64,000 nt of DNA from Paraspadella gotoi (lineage: Eukaryota > Animalia > Chaetognatha). The DNA lies in assembly GCA_051294375.1 (NCBI GenBank), contig CM119271.1, positions 7,802,162 to 7,866,161 of the forward strand, given 5' to 3'. The position numbers and the translations under genes were made by a program. This document shows, one piece after another, positions 51,386-64,000 of the stretch; positions within the stretch are counted from its first letter, which is position 1; every line of letters starts with the position of its first letter. The notes under the pieces are model-generated. The model saw only the letters and a list, made by a program, of their open reading frames with translations. It had not been told where the DNA came from and did no database searches.

Positions 51386-53954
51386 CTGGAAAATGAGAGG
51401 ATGTCATTTGCGTTGATATAAAAATGATTGGTTGAAAAATAAAAAAGGTTTATCTAGCAGAATATTATATTTGGGGAAAATTATTGTAAGCGTTGTGGAA
51501 TCGTGATCGGGTTCGCGATAATGAGCGGAAGCGATTATAGCGAATATCGTAGAGAGGCGTCGGAAGAAAATAAAATGGTTTTAAAATATGACGAATTGAT
51601 GATTAAAAATAGAAAGAATGTTTTTCACAAGACAATGTTTAAGAAAATACGATTGTTTTTCCAAATCTCTAAGGAGTTTAATTTTTTTAAAACAACATGC
51701 TCTAGACGTCCCTATCGGTTGTGAGCGAAAAGATTTTCGTAAGATTAACAATAATAATAAAATATAAATGAGATTTGAAAAACGAAAATCGAAATTCGAA
51801 TTTCATATTGATGTTCGTCCGTGTCCATGTTCGTTTCGATAATTCCAAAATCAATTTTTCCCATTTTTTTTTTTTCTCACTCATAAGACGCAAATCGCTT
51901 TCGTTGACAATCATACTGTTGTGGTCGGTCACAACAGGAATACGACTTGGGACGCCCACGTTACCCGACCTATGATAGGATACCTAATTTTGAAAAAAAT
52001 ACTAACCTTAATTGAGTCTCTCATTGTGGACCTAATCATGAACCTAATTTGACCCAATATTCGCCGTCGATTATTCAAATGTCATTATGGGTTGACCGGA
52101 CCCGAATCAAAGGACGACAAGGCGACCGCTTTTCGGAACCTGGATAAAATAAATACGAAACTCTTATGTTTTTCTTTTGTGATATGTGTGTTGTAAAGAT
52201 ACCTTTAATGTGTCATAATCAGTATTAAATTAATGTATGTATAATAATATTGCGTACAGCACTATGGCGTTTTCCGTTCTTGGCAAAATAGAGTGTGCCT
52301 ACAAAGTAGAAAGTGTATTTTCGGCGGTTGACATCGTTTTCACTCTCTCTCTCTCTCCTCCTACTGAATACCATCTCTCTCTCCCTCTTTTTTACCTACT
52401 CTGCTGCTTCTTTCTCTCTCTCTCTCCTCACCCATCCGGTCAATTTTCTCTCTTGTACCGTCATTCCTGTAAGTTTTTTCAGATACTCGGTCACGGTACA
52501 ACATTTATCACAACAAAGTTCTAATGATGAGGAATATGCATACTGTCCCTTTGAAGTAGAAGTTCGGGATGCAGCTATAAAGAGCGCGTGGATCAAACTT
52601 GTGCCTTAATTTTTATTCGCGCACGTAATAAAGTAAAAACAATAGGAACAAATATTTACAAAGATAAATGCCACCCGGTTTCCCTCTGTAAACGTTGTAT
52701 TTTTTTTTAAAAAATTGTAAGTATGATTTGAGCATAAAAATCTATTTTTTAAAGAATAGTTAAAATAAAGATTTTTAAATAAACGTTATAAAATACAAAT
52801 TCAACCCCAAAACAAAATAAACCCAAAAAAAAAAAAGATAAAATAACAATAAATAAAAAATTTTTCAATCAGAATTTGAACAAAATGAAATATCCCAAAA
52901 AAAAAAAATTATTTTTTAAACATTGTATGAATTTAAAAAAATTATATAGTAATTTTACTAACAAAGACAGTAATAATAATAATACCCCAATACGTCAAAA
53001 AAAATTGTCGAGAAAAACAAATGACTGTCTGTTCCTGTTTGTGTCTGTAAAATCCCTCACTAACAAACCCCCCCCCAAAATAAAAAAAAATTTTTAAATG
53101 AGATGCATTGCTTTGGTACCAATTATGCATTGGAATATTTAATAGCGTTAAGTGTAAAACAGTATAATACTGTTCGAAGTTGTGACTGACATTGATAAAA
53201 ACATACTCTCATTTACAGTGAAAATTTTCCATAGAAGATCGCCAAATTATAAAACACACAAGAAACTCACCGTTCAAATACAACCCCGATAAATATTTAT
53301 CATTTAATTTCTCGTCGCAAGACAAAGAAGAATACAATGTGCATTACGATCGAAATAAATGAAGTGCCATATTAATGAGGTTAGAGATGCGAAAAAAAAG
53401 GAAGAGATAAAAATCAAATAAAATTGTTATACCTTTGCACGCACAGCTATTATTTTTTACAGTTGACCTCGGTACGCATGTTTTTATTACTAACTTTCGA
53501 GAGGCGCACCGAGTTAGATATGATTACGAGAAAGAAGAGTATGTAGAGAATGAGGGAAAGAGAGAGAGAGATGAGTGAAGTGGTTAAATTAAAAAAAAGT
53601 TTGGACGTCCCAGCTCGTGCTGTTCGTATAGAAAGATAAGAATAATTTGGCGTTTTCTCGGTGGTACACGAGAAAAAAAAAACTGCATATCAGACGTAAT
53701 CAGTGATAGGGCCTGTTTTGCGTTTTTTATTCTTGTTAGGGGTGGTCGTTATTTATTGCTTTTTTTTCAACGATCGAAATGTGATTTTTTATTCGAATTA
53801 TTCAATTCATTAGCAAGAAAGAAAAGAGAAAAAACAAGGTACTAGGTCTCATCTTTAACAGAGGAGTCAAAAGCGAGTGACAAAGTGTTTCCACTCTCGT
53901 CTGATAATTATCAAGAGTTCATGTAATTTCCGTTAAAAAACTATCCAAATCGCC

Positions 53955-56900
53955 GGGATCTGTATGAAATAACAGGTTTTTCGTTAGTCCTTTTTTTGGT
54001 AAATATTTACTTTTTTTGAGTATATAAGGACAGAGGTCCGCCAGCGGGGTCGCTTCTTCCGCGGGAAAATGGCGAGCGCAGCCACACGCACTGAAGACAC
54101 AGAGAAAAATGAGAAGCCGCGCGCTTTTCTTAACACGGTAAGGAGATGGAAACACAAAAACATTGAGATACTCATGAATATTAAATATTGAAATTGGATT
54201 AATAGAGGGGTTATTTTTGATCTGCATTCAGGAACGATTGGTTAGATGAGATGTTATTGTGCGAGGATGTGCAAAGTATATTCTGGTGTGTAGTTTGTGT
54301 TTTGCAATGGTGAACGTGATGTATGTGAGATAGAGATAAAACACTTTTTGAGTTATCCTGATTTGGACGGACAGGAGAGACCGCAGAAGAAAAAAAGTGA
54401 AATGAAGAGATTGTATAACATAACGTAAATAAACCGATTGTAATTTGAATATATCGGAGAGTTACAATGTTTTAAAGAAACCTGGATAAAAAATTTTATA
54501 TATTTTTTTTTTAAAATTGTAAAAACAAGTTTATCAAACAACGCCAAAGAGATTAGTATGCTTGTGTTTCTTTTCATTCGTGTTTCACCCAGTAAACTTG
54601 TTTCTTATACAAGGCAGTAGTAAAGAAGCGAACCGCGAAACCCTTATATCACTCGTTTCAGGTTTCTCAATTACAAGAGATCAACTACATTCGGTCAAAC
54701 CATTAATTCCTCTCCTTCTACTTTAGCATAAATTAATATCATATATTTATCTCCCACCTCCTTCTTTATATATACTAGATGTTATCTAAGTTGCCACCAA
54801 TTCTCTTTATCTTTTTCCTTTCCGTTGTGGGCATACTGTCTCATTCTTGCTGTATTTTTTATTTATATATAAAATGGCAACTCACACCCACTCGCTTTTC
54901 TCGCGCTCTTCTTCTGATACTATATAAAACTATATCCTTTTTTTTTCCGATATATATTTCGTGACTTTACTATAATATTTCAAATACTCTCTTCTCTTGA
55001 TTAATTCCTCTTCTCTTTATCTTTTTCTTCTTAACCTAGAATGGCGTCTCTGGCGGGTATAAGTTTTCCCGAGGTTGAGAATCCGTGTTTCCCGCTTATT
55101 ATACACCTGTATCAACTGACTAAAGGCTGCGAGACTGGAGAATGACTGCAGAAGAAATAACCTGAATACGAGTCCAGATGATTGATACCTCCCGATAGGA
55201 TGAAGGCTCTAGGTATTATTTTGGAGACAACCTGGTCCTGTTAGGACTCGTTCGTCTCAAGACTGATATCCAGCTGTCCAGCCTATAGACGGATCGCGAG
55301 ATGATTCACCGGGGATTTGTGCGAGAGAGAGAGGGAGATGAGGGTGATGCGAGAGAGAGACGCATCGAGAGAGACGAGAGAAGAGAGAGAGATGATAAAA
55401 AATGTCAAGTTGTATGTTAAAAATATCGCTTTAGAATCTGGAAGGCAAACAAAACCGAAACAACAACAAAACCGAGATCAAAAAACATCGCAAACTAAAA
55501 TAATTAAAGTACACGTCACATTTTGGATAGCTTCTTCGACACCAATAGCTCAACACATTTTAGTCCCAGTACCCGGTAAGTTGTGAGTACAAGTAATCTG
55601 CTTACATGAGCGATCTCCTATATTTTCCTACAGTAGACTCTTCTAGTCCTCACGTACGCTGAAAGGCAATTTTAGCAGAGCGTCCGCAAAGAAAGGAAAA
55701 CAGTTTACTGGTGTTGGAAAGATTTCTTAGCACATACACTTTGGGACCAAACCAATATCCACATTATGCTGTTCAGTGGAAGAGCAGGGAAGAGCGTATT
55801 AATTTGTAACGAGAATATATTAACATAAAATTATCGCGAAGGGAGGTGCGCGCTTGGTGAGTCGCCGGGGATGTGCGACTGAGACGGTCTGTGGCGAATT
55901 CGACCCCGCGAGAAAGACTGGCTTCCGTTTTCAGAGGCTGTAGGACTAGAGCGCCTGGGCTATGGAACGAGGTTCGAAAAGCGCTGGGACGATGATATGG
56001 CGGGGGCGGAAGCTGAACCATTGAGAGAGATCTCGCGTACCCTCCTGTGTTTCGGGCAATAATACGCTTCATCAGTGGGGAAGAGTGGAGAGAAAGGAGT
56101 TCAATTAAAGGTTCCGGTTTTACTGCAATTTGAGGCGAAAGGCGTGGTATTGAGACGGAAAATCGAGGAGGAAGTTGCAAGCTTGAAAAAGCATACAAAA
56201 AGCAAGTCTTTTGTCAAAGAGATTTTTCTTTGGTTTTCTTTGTCTCTCACTCTCTTTCTCTCTCTCTCTCTCCTCTTGTTTCTCTACTCGTACCTCACTC
56301 ATAAGCCTGCCTCCATCATCGTGCTACATACATCTCAGTCTCTCTCTCCTTGGAACGAAAAATAAAAGAGAACTGAAAGTTCCCCGTAATACGGAACGTT
56401 CTCTAACGTTTTTTTGTGTGGTATATAAAATAATTATAACGTTGCCTAGAATCAGGCACGTTCGGCGGACGGGCCGCGGTTATTGGCCGGACACGTTGCA
56501 TTACTGAACCGAGAAAACTACGCATGAACACTCTAAACATCAGAAAACCAACTCTACTCGAAAATCGAACTTTACCACTAAAACATCCCTCATTTCACCC
56601 CGCCACCACCTCCTCCCCGCCGCCTCTGGCAATCAAAATGAATAAGAGGGAGATGGTCTACTCCAGTTATTTAGTTAAACATAACATGACCTAAATTTTT
56701 GTTTTGCCCCCCATTGTAGCTCGGGCTTTTGCTCCGGCAAAAGTTACGAATAGATTAACGAGGACGGTATTTCCAAATGCGGTTGCGCTCGGTCTTGGCG
56801 AGGCTGTCAGGGACAAGAATACAATCTCTTTTCTTCGCCTCTCCTGCGCCAGTGTGTCCCTATATTATCCTTACTAGTGACCTTCAGAGTGAGTGTTTGT

Positions 56901-59850
56901 TACCAGCTGCGCCATGCACTGCATTCGAGGTCGTATTATTCCTTATAGTTTTTAGATTTTCTGAATGGCGGCGCTTGCAGATTCCCATTAGATTTTTTTG
57001 GTTTGTGTTTTTTTTTTTTCTCTCTTAACGAGTAGCGAGGCTGTAGGAAAATTTTTTTCTGCTGTCCACCTACTATGGTTCAGGAGTTGTAGTGGGTGAG
57101 TGTTCAAGCACAGACTGACAAATTATATTGCAAGTTTCGGTTAGACTTGAGCGAAGGTCTTTTTGTTTATGAGAATGTAAATATTTTTTCTGTGCGTGGT
57201 GCCGACCTCAGACCTCTTACATATCGCGCCCCGAACTTTCTCAGCTCGATGTGACCCCGCGCCCCCCCCGCCGCGGCGAATTCGACCCGCGTCCTCGGAT
57301 CAACCCAGCCTTGTGAATCTCTTCGGACTCCTGACATTTATTCGATCGTCCGACTTTGCTAATGAAAGGGAGGAATCGGGCCGCGAATATACACACTCCG
57401 GGACCGATCCGTTTCCTAGTGGATCTGGCATCCATAAGAAGGTACTCTATTTATCATCTTGAATTAATCTAAATCTAAATCCCCTTCTCTCTCTTGCCAA
57501 ACTCGTCACACTCCTATCTAAGTCTTCTATATCCCGCGAATCAATTCTTTTCTCTCTCCCTGTTCCAAGCCGCCGTTCTGTACCCAAGCGCGGCAGCCTC
57601 TCCTTGAAAGACCCACCCCACGCCCGTTGATTTTGAAAAAAAATTCAACAGATTAGATTTTTTTTTTTTCATATGCACGCGTACTTTTTATTTTTTTATA
57701 TCGTGCGCGCTCTTTACTATTTGTTTATGGATCGTTCCTGAAGAAAAGAAGTTCAGGCGCACTCGCAGTTTCTCTAAATATACGTGGGTATATATTTTTT
57801 TCTGGTGTGTTAGTACTAGGAAGAAGAGAGAAGTACATGAAATATGCTAGTTGCGCTTGATTTAGCACGAGAGAACGTTGAGGATGTTTTATAAATTTGG
57901 TATAATATTCTGACTCCGCTTATCGAGATTGAAGTAGTATGTCTATCGCTCAGATGAAGGATTGTTTTTCACTTTCATACATTGCCTGATCTCTTGTCTC
58001 TCTCTCGATGTATTTGAATTAATGTCATTTAGTGATTTTACATCTTATAATGAAATTAAAAAATATTAGAATATTATAAAAGACAACGGCGCATTTTTTT
58101 ATTCCGCTCTAATACTATCCCCTCCCGCGAGATGTCCCGACAGACATAAATTTGAAGTAAGTAAATGGCAAAAAACAATTATACTCGGTCTCATTAAGAT
58201 TTCCATGAAGTCGCAGAAAAGATAATTCAAAGAGATGAGGTGGGACCTAAAGAAAGTGCACGATTAATGCGACGCGATTAAAGATCTGGACACGTGGCGT
58301 GCGGGGGTAAAGCTTCTGGGTAAAAACTTCCAAGCTTATTCTGTATAACAATTGAGTGAGGCGCGCAAACAAATAACCTTGGTGAGTCGTTGGAGTGATT
58401 GGCGAAATGTGCTTGCGGGAGTTTTAATCTCAATAATACGTCTCTCGCTCCCTGCGGAGTTCGTCTATGGCTCGAAGTGACATAACTTCTCATCTGGTCT
58501 TCTCTCTCTCTGCTCTCTCTCTCTACTCTCTCGCTCAGTCACCCGCTCCTTTGCGCGCGTAATTTTTTTCAGACTTTTGTTTTTTTTGTTCGGTTTGTGT
58601 GGAGAGACAGGGAATGACAATGGGGGTGAAATTATTGTCGACATTTAGTATGGTGAAAGGGTATTTCAAAAAGTAGACGGAACTGAAAAAAAAAAAAAAA
58701 ATAATAAGAGAGATTATTAAATGGAACCAGAAACAAAAGAGAGGAGTGAGGAAAAAATATTGAATTAAAAAAAATGAAAGATTAAATGGAGAGCAGGAGG
58801 AGAGAGAAAATGGGGGAAAGATGAATTAGGAATATGGATGTGAGGAGAAAAGGTGTGGAAGGGAAAGAGAATGCAACATAATGGGAAGAAATAATAAAGT
58901 AAGGAGAAAAGAGGTGGAGAAGACGAGAGTAGAATTAATAGAATGAGAACTAAAAGAAGAGGGAGGGATAAATTGAAAAGGTAAGAAGATGGATATACGG
59001 AAGGGAAGGAAGTTCTGAATTTAAAAGGGTAGTGGTAAAATTTTGGGGCAATGGGAGGAAAGGGAAGATAAAATAAAAATAATAAAATTAATTAATGTTA
59101 TCTAAAATTTGTTTTACAAGAATTAGAAGACGAAGTAGGTAAAATGTCAAGGCCATGGTGGAACCGGAGAAGAAAAGGAAGCCTTTATATTTTGCGACTT
59201 GGATTATCTATTGATGAGAGATCATAAATAAGGGGTGAAAACTTATTCGTTGGCATTTTGTTGTGCTGAACATATAAACAGACATGATAAACGTAGATTA
59301 TTGGTGCTCTTGTCATAAAAACTCGTATCAAAACAACACGACGCAAGAGAGAAAAAATAAAGTAATCAACAGAAGCGTGAAAACCAGTGTAAGTAAGCGC
59401 GACGGGTTTGATCAAGAGATAAAAGCCATGAAAGAGGCGCGGATAATGTAGTGTGAAACTTTGCAGAGGAGCACGCAGCGTATCCCGATGAATGAGAGCT
59501 GGCGAAACGAGAGAATGAGGCATTTCAATGGTGAAACAAATCATTTAAAAGTTCGTAGGCAGAGAACGGACTAGTAGTGGTGAATTCCGGATGGAAGATT
59601 GGATAAACAAAAGGGTGAAAACCTCAGTGATGTACTGATTTTAGAGAGAGAGAGAGAAGATTTGATTAGCGTCGAGGAAGTGCGAACGGAGGACGGATTA
59701 GAGAGGTGGAGAGTAATATAATTTACCATGATAAGGAGTGGCCGATTGATGATAAGTCTGACAACCAACGTTTGGCGTTCCAAGCTAGAGTAGGATAGTG
59801 TACGTCTCTCAACAATTATTTTTATAAGCGATCCTGATCGGGCATTACCA
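53955..59850 (+). repeat. Insertion-riddled, roughly two-fold expanded copy of 43676-46440
   Basis: Ordered shared anchors: aaaacattgagatactc, ctagaatgg..tctctggcgg, aaaaatatcgctttagaatctgga, gaatagattaacgaggacggtatttcc, tcgctcagtcac. Confidence 0.85.
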
Positions 59851-61018
59851 TCACGCAATTAATAAATAAGAGAATAGAAAAGAAAAACTGAAATAAGAAA
59901 TAGAGAAGAAAGAAGGTATTATATAAGAACAATAATAAAAGAAAAGACGAAGAAAAAAATATGAAAGACGAAACAAAGAGAAACAATATTAAAATAATTT
60001 GATAAAAGGTTCGCGTCGTTTCTGAAGAATATAAATCATATATTCTGCTACTCGACAAGAACGACATTTGGTTATTTCTCCTTGAACTGGAATGGAAGAA
60101 ATTTATACTGTAAAAATATATATGGGGATTTTTTCAGGGATCGTCCGCTTAATTAATTGACTTTTAAAAACGGATTAGAATCAAAAAGCAAAAATAAAAT
60201 GTAAATAATATAAAAATTTAATTGATAAATGCCGGGTTTCAAAAATGAAAAAATCATAATCATTATTATTCTGAAAATTTTACAGTTTTGGTGCGTGTAA
60301 TTTGTTATGTAACTTTAGACAGAAACGGGGAATTGAACCGAGATTTTTTTTGCAAAAAGAACTTTTGAGAATTAGAGCGAACGTTTATCCTAAGGCTGTG
60401 TAGAGTAAAGCTGCACTAAGAAAGTGTTGAGGAAGAGAAGATTCTAAATTTAAGTGAAACGAGTATTTTTAAGTATGGTTTGTATTGAAGGGTACGTTGC
60501 TGATAATTTTTTTTGTTAAAGTAGGTATCGAGAAGGGCAGATAAATGAGATGGAAATTATTGCGCACTAGATGAAGAATGGAGAGAATATTGTAGATAGT
60601 GAATCTAAAAAAAACCGGGTGCAAAAATGAGAAGAATTGATTCCTCTTTTATAACACTTTTTCTCTTTTCGAAGTTTTGTCAATATCTCTGTCTGTTATA
60701 AATTCTGTCTTACTTTTTTGGGTACAGATAAATATCCTTAAATTTTCTGTACTTACTTCTAGTACTCTCCTTATCTCTTTCTATTCTTATCTTTTCATTC
60801 TATCTACTCTCCATCTCCTCTTCCTCCTTACATTCTAGCTCGATCTAATCAACTCTTAGCATGTTATAAAGTCTTAGTAACTCTCAGTCTCCTTTCTCTC
60901 AAATCTAGCTCTCTCATCGCCATATCTCGCGTTTTGTGTGTGGATTCTATGTCGTATACTGAAAGAAATAGTCCGTTAATTGGGAAGGCAAAAAAAGTAA
61001 ACTCCTGGGATCACTTAT

Positions 61019-61175
61019 CTTCCCACCAAGACACGTGAACATACGACTCGACCGCATTGACATACAGCGAAGACAGAAACGCGCATGGGAATGGCATCGA
61101 GTTACACCGAACGAGAGAATCGTTTCTTCGAGGAAGAAAAGCGAGCAGGAATCACGCAGACGACAATGCGCTCAT
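61019..61175 (-). CDS. tutl: Tentative first coding exon: signal-peptide-like segment plus Ig1 N-half
   Basis: Acceptor ttccag at 61196-61201 (minus), ATG at 61175; with frameshifts reads M..VVCVI.LLAFLP..DAI(L)PCAFLSSLYVNAVESYVHVSWW, giving Ig B-strand Cys and C-strand Trp; degenerate donor gataagt. Very noisy region. Confidence 0.35.
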
Positions 61176-62745
61176 TTTCACGTCAGTTGGCTTATCTGGA
61201 AGGCAAATATCACACAGTTTGAGAAAGAGGGAGATGAGTGAGAGATGAAGACGAAGAAGTGAGAGATCCGGCGCATGGACGATAGAGTAAGAGAGAGAGG
61301 AGAGAGAGATGATGAGAAGGAAAGAGGGAAGGGAGGCTTTGAAAACGGAGACAGAGCAATTAGATCAGTTTAGAAGGAGGGCTGAGAATACATTTTTAAG
61401 CATGAGAGGAAATATAAAAAAAATGAGTGATTTTTAGAAATCAAAGTGAAATCAAAAGTTTGAATAGGAAGAAGTACAAGAGAAGGGCAAGTAGAACAGA
61501 GAAAAAGAGAAGAACATGAAAGCGGAGAGAGAGACGGCAAGAAGAGAGCAAGAGGAAAAAGGTAGTGAACGCGGAGCTGGGGAAAGATGCAAGGATGAGG
61601 AAGAGTGTAGATGAGAGAGAAAGAGGAATGAGAAGAAAGCGGAGAAGAGCCGAGAGAGAGGAAGAGGAAGAGGGAGATGAGAGAGAGAAGAGAGAGAAGC
61701 GGGAAGCTTAAAAAAAAGTCGAGAGAGAGAGAGAAAGCGAAGCTAAAAAAAGTCGAAGAATGATCTATTGAATGAGTGAGAGAGAATGGGAGTAAAATTG
61801 GCATTAGTTTTTTCTCTTGAAACTTGTATAGCCTGTAGAGTTTGTTGTATAGAGTAGAGTTATTAAGTCAAGATATTAAAATTCACATAGACCACAATTC
61901 TTAGAGCCTTTACTCATTTTTTTCATTTTTTTTATTAATAACAAAACGATATTAACATAATTGTTATTAAAACGATATTAACATAATAATCTTTATAATT
62001 TTTTTAAAAAATAATCTGTACGTTACCAATAAATAGAAACTCGCAATAAATCGCTATAAACTTTATCCTATTTTATGAGAGAATTTCCAAGTAATTTAGA
62101 GACAGTTGGTTTTTTTTCGCTTCTCTGATCTCATTTGTAAAAAAAAATAATTTTCAGAACTTTTAGTCAAATGACCATCATGTTTGTTGGCAACTGTATA
62201 AACGCTTGGGTTTTANNNNNNNNNNNNNNNNNNNNNNNNNNNNNNNNNNNNNNNNNNNNNNNNNNNNNNNNNNNNNNNNNNNNNNNNNNNNNNNNNNNNN
62301 NNNNNNNNNNNNNNNNNNNNNNNNNNNNNNNNNNNNNNNNNNNNNNNNNNNNNNNNNNNNNNNNNNNNNNNNNNNNNNNNNNNNNNNNNNNNNNNNGTTT
62401 CCTCCTCCGGCAGAGAGAAAAAAAGGGGAAAAGCTTTTAAACAACTCAACTCGGAAAAGAGAAATTGTTTTTTCTTTTGAAGGTACAAAGAGTAAACAAT
62501 CGCTGCTTAGGTTAACTGTTGTTGTTTACCAAGTCAAATCCTGTGTTAGTTAGAAGTTCTAACTTAGAAAGAGTTGATTTCTGTTTAAGAATCAACTGAG
62601 ACAAGCGCCAACAATGCTGGCCCATCGTCCTGAATACTTTTTTTCCCCACTTTATAATCGCTGCAGTTTTTAAGTTTTGCATTTTGGTGTAAAAATGGCC
62701 ACCATGCAAACTGATTCATGACCTCGAGCAACTCTATTTTATGCG

Positions 62746-62941
62746 AACAGCCGGGTTGCCTGTGATGCCCATTGGGATGGGACATCTCACTGTTGGCTTT
62801 GGGGGCTTCCGACCCTCAGTGACGCCTCCAGTCACGGGCGCGGTTACCCTAGGACGGTCTCGCTTTGCCAACGCAGAGGGAAGTCGTTAGGACTGTGGAT
62901 GGTGCATTCCCCCTCTGATCCAGTGGGATTAGCTGAACGAC
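62746..62941 (+). repeat. Dispersed repeat, copy 2, GC-rich with stem-loop potential
   Basis: See copy 1; flanks unrelated, differences include substitutions and block indels. Confidence 0.7.
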
Positions 62942-63183
62942 GCGGGACGTCTGGCGCTGTGAATTTGTCATTTTTTTATTTCACACTTTTTTTTGCATCT
63001 CTCTCGTTATGATATTATTTTCTAACTCTTTTCCTTCAACGATTTCCAGTTACTTTCACGAATCCTACCTAATCTTCCNNNNNNNNNNNNNNNNNNNNNN
63101 NNNTCCAGGATCTGCAAATTCGAATTTTTGACGCAAAAACCGAGAGAGAGGAGAGAGAGAGGAGACCGGAAAAGAAACCAGAG

Positions 63184-63241
<58 letters not shown>

Positions 63242-63254
63242 AGAGAGAAGAGAG

Positions 63255-63881
63255 CGGAGAGGACGAACTAAAAAAAGTCGACAGAATGATCTATGTGAAT
63301 GAGTGAGAGAGAATGGGAGTAAAATTGGCATTGATTGTTTTCTCTGAAACTGTATAGCCTGTAGAGTTTTGTTGTATAGTGAGTAAGAGGTTTATTAAGT
63401 CAAGATATTAAATTCACATAGACACAATTCTTTAAGGGCCTTTACCATCATTTTTTTCATATTTTATTTATTATTAACAAAAACGATATTAAACATAATT
63501 GTTATCAAACGATAATTAACATACAATAATTTTATAATATTTTCTTTAAAAAATAATCTGTACCGTTAAACGCAATAAATAGAAACTTCGGCAAATAAAA
63601 TCGCCTAATAAACTTTTCCTATTTTTATGAGAGAATATTACAAGTCAAACTATTAGAGACAGTTGGTTTTTTTTCGCTTAACTCTGAATCCTCATTTGTA
63701 AAAAAAAATATTTTCGAAACTTATTAAGTCGCAAAATGACCATCATGTTTGATTGGCAGACTGTAATAACGCCTTGGGTTTTACTTAAAGAGAGAGAGAG
63801 AGATATAGTGCGTGTTTAAAATATCCACGAAATTCCAGTCTTCCGGTTTATTCTTTTCAAACCCCCACGCTCCCCCGCCTG

Positions 63882-63918
<37 letters not shown>

Positions 63919-64000
63919 TGTTTGAACGCGACTCGTTTCGCCCTCCTCCGTGGCAAGAGAGAAAAAAAAGGGGAAAAGCTTTATAAAACAACTCAAACTC
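63255..64000 (+). repeat. Duplicate of ~61735-62450
   Basis: gaatgagtgagagagaatgggagtaaaattggcatt...aaatgaccatcatgtttg...ggggaaaagcttt found in both. Confidence 0.88.

Noticed and set aside
53271-53330. Possible small Ig1 middle exon ending in a strong gtgagt donor (minus)
   Set aside because: No readable acceptor or motif in noisy sequence; cannot be supported.
54900-59900. Novel ORFs in seemingly complex sequence (e.g. 55773-56198, 59185-59544)
   Set aside because: Region is an insertion-corrupted copy of 43.7-46.4 kb; the complexity is read noise.

Overview
Eukaryotic (metazoan-like) genomic DNA from a gapped, error-prone assembly: AT-rich, dense in (AG)n/(GAC)n microsatellites, with many N-gaps and indel-riddled stretches. 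Most six-frame ORFs are microsatellite or N artefacts. Main content: (1) A minus-strand multi-exon gene spanning almost the whole window, encoding a Turtle/IGSF9-family cell-adhesion protein (Ig2-Ig5 and FN3-1 well supported by phase-compatible exons; signal peptide and Ig1 tentative). (2) A ~8 kb BEL/Pao LTR retrotransposon (26.5-34.5 kb) inserted in a (CT)n tract of one intron; it appears to lack the reverse-transcriptase core, and the empty-site allele is also assembled at 36.4-38.3 kb. (3) A plus-strand chain of about six exons (47.1-50.3 kb) encoding an FN3-like end, a transmembrane helix and a cytoplasmic tail, lying antisense inside the turtle-like locus. (4) Several large duplications next to exactly-25-N gaps, probably gap-filling artefacts. 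(5) A hAT-like MITE and a two-copy repeat with stem-loop potential. Family assignments come from motif recall, not database searches; coordinates in noisy segments are approximate.
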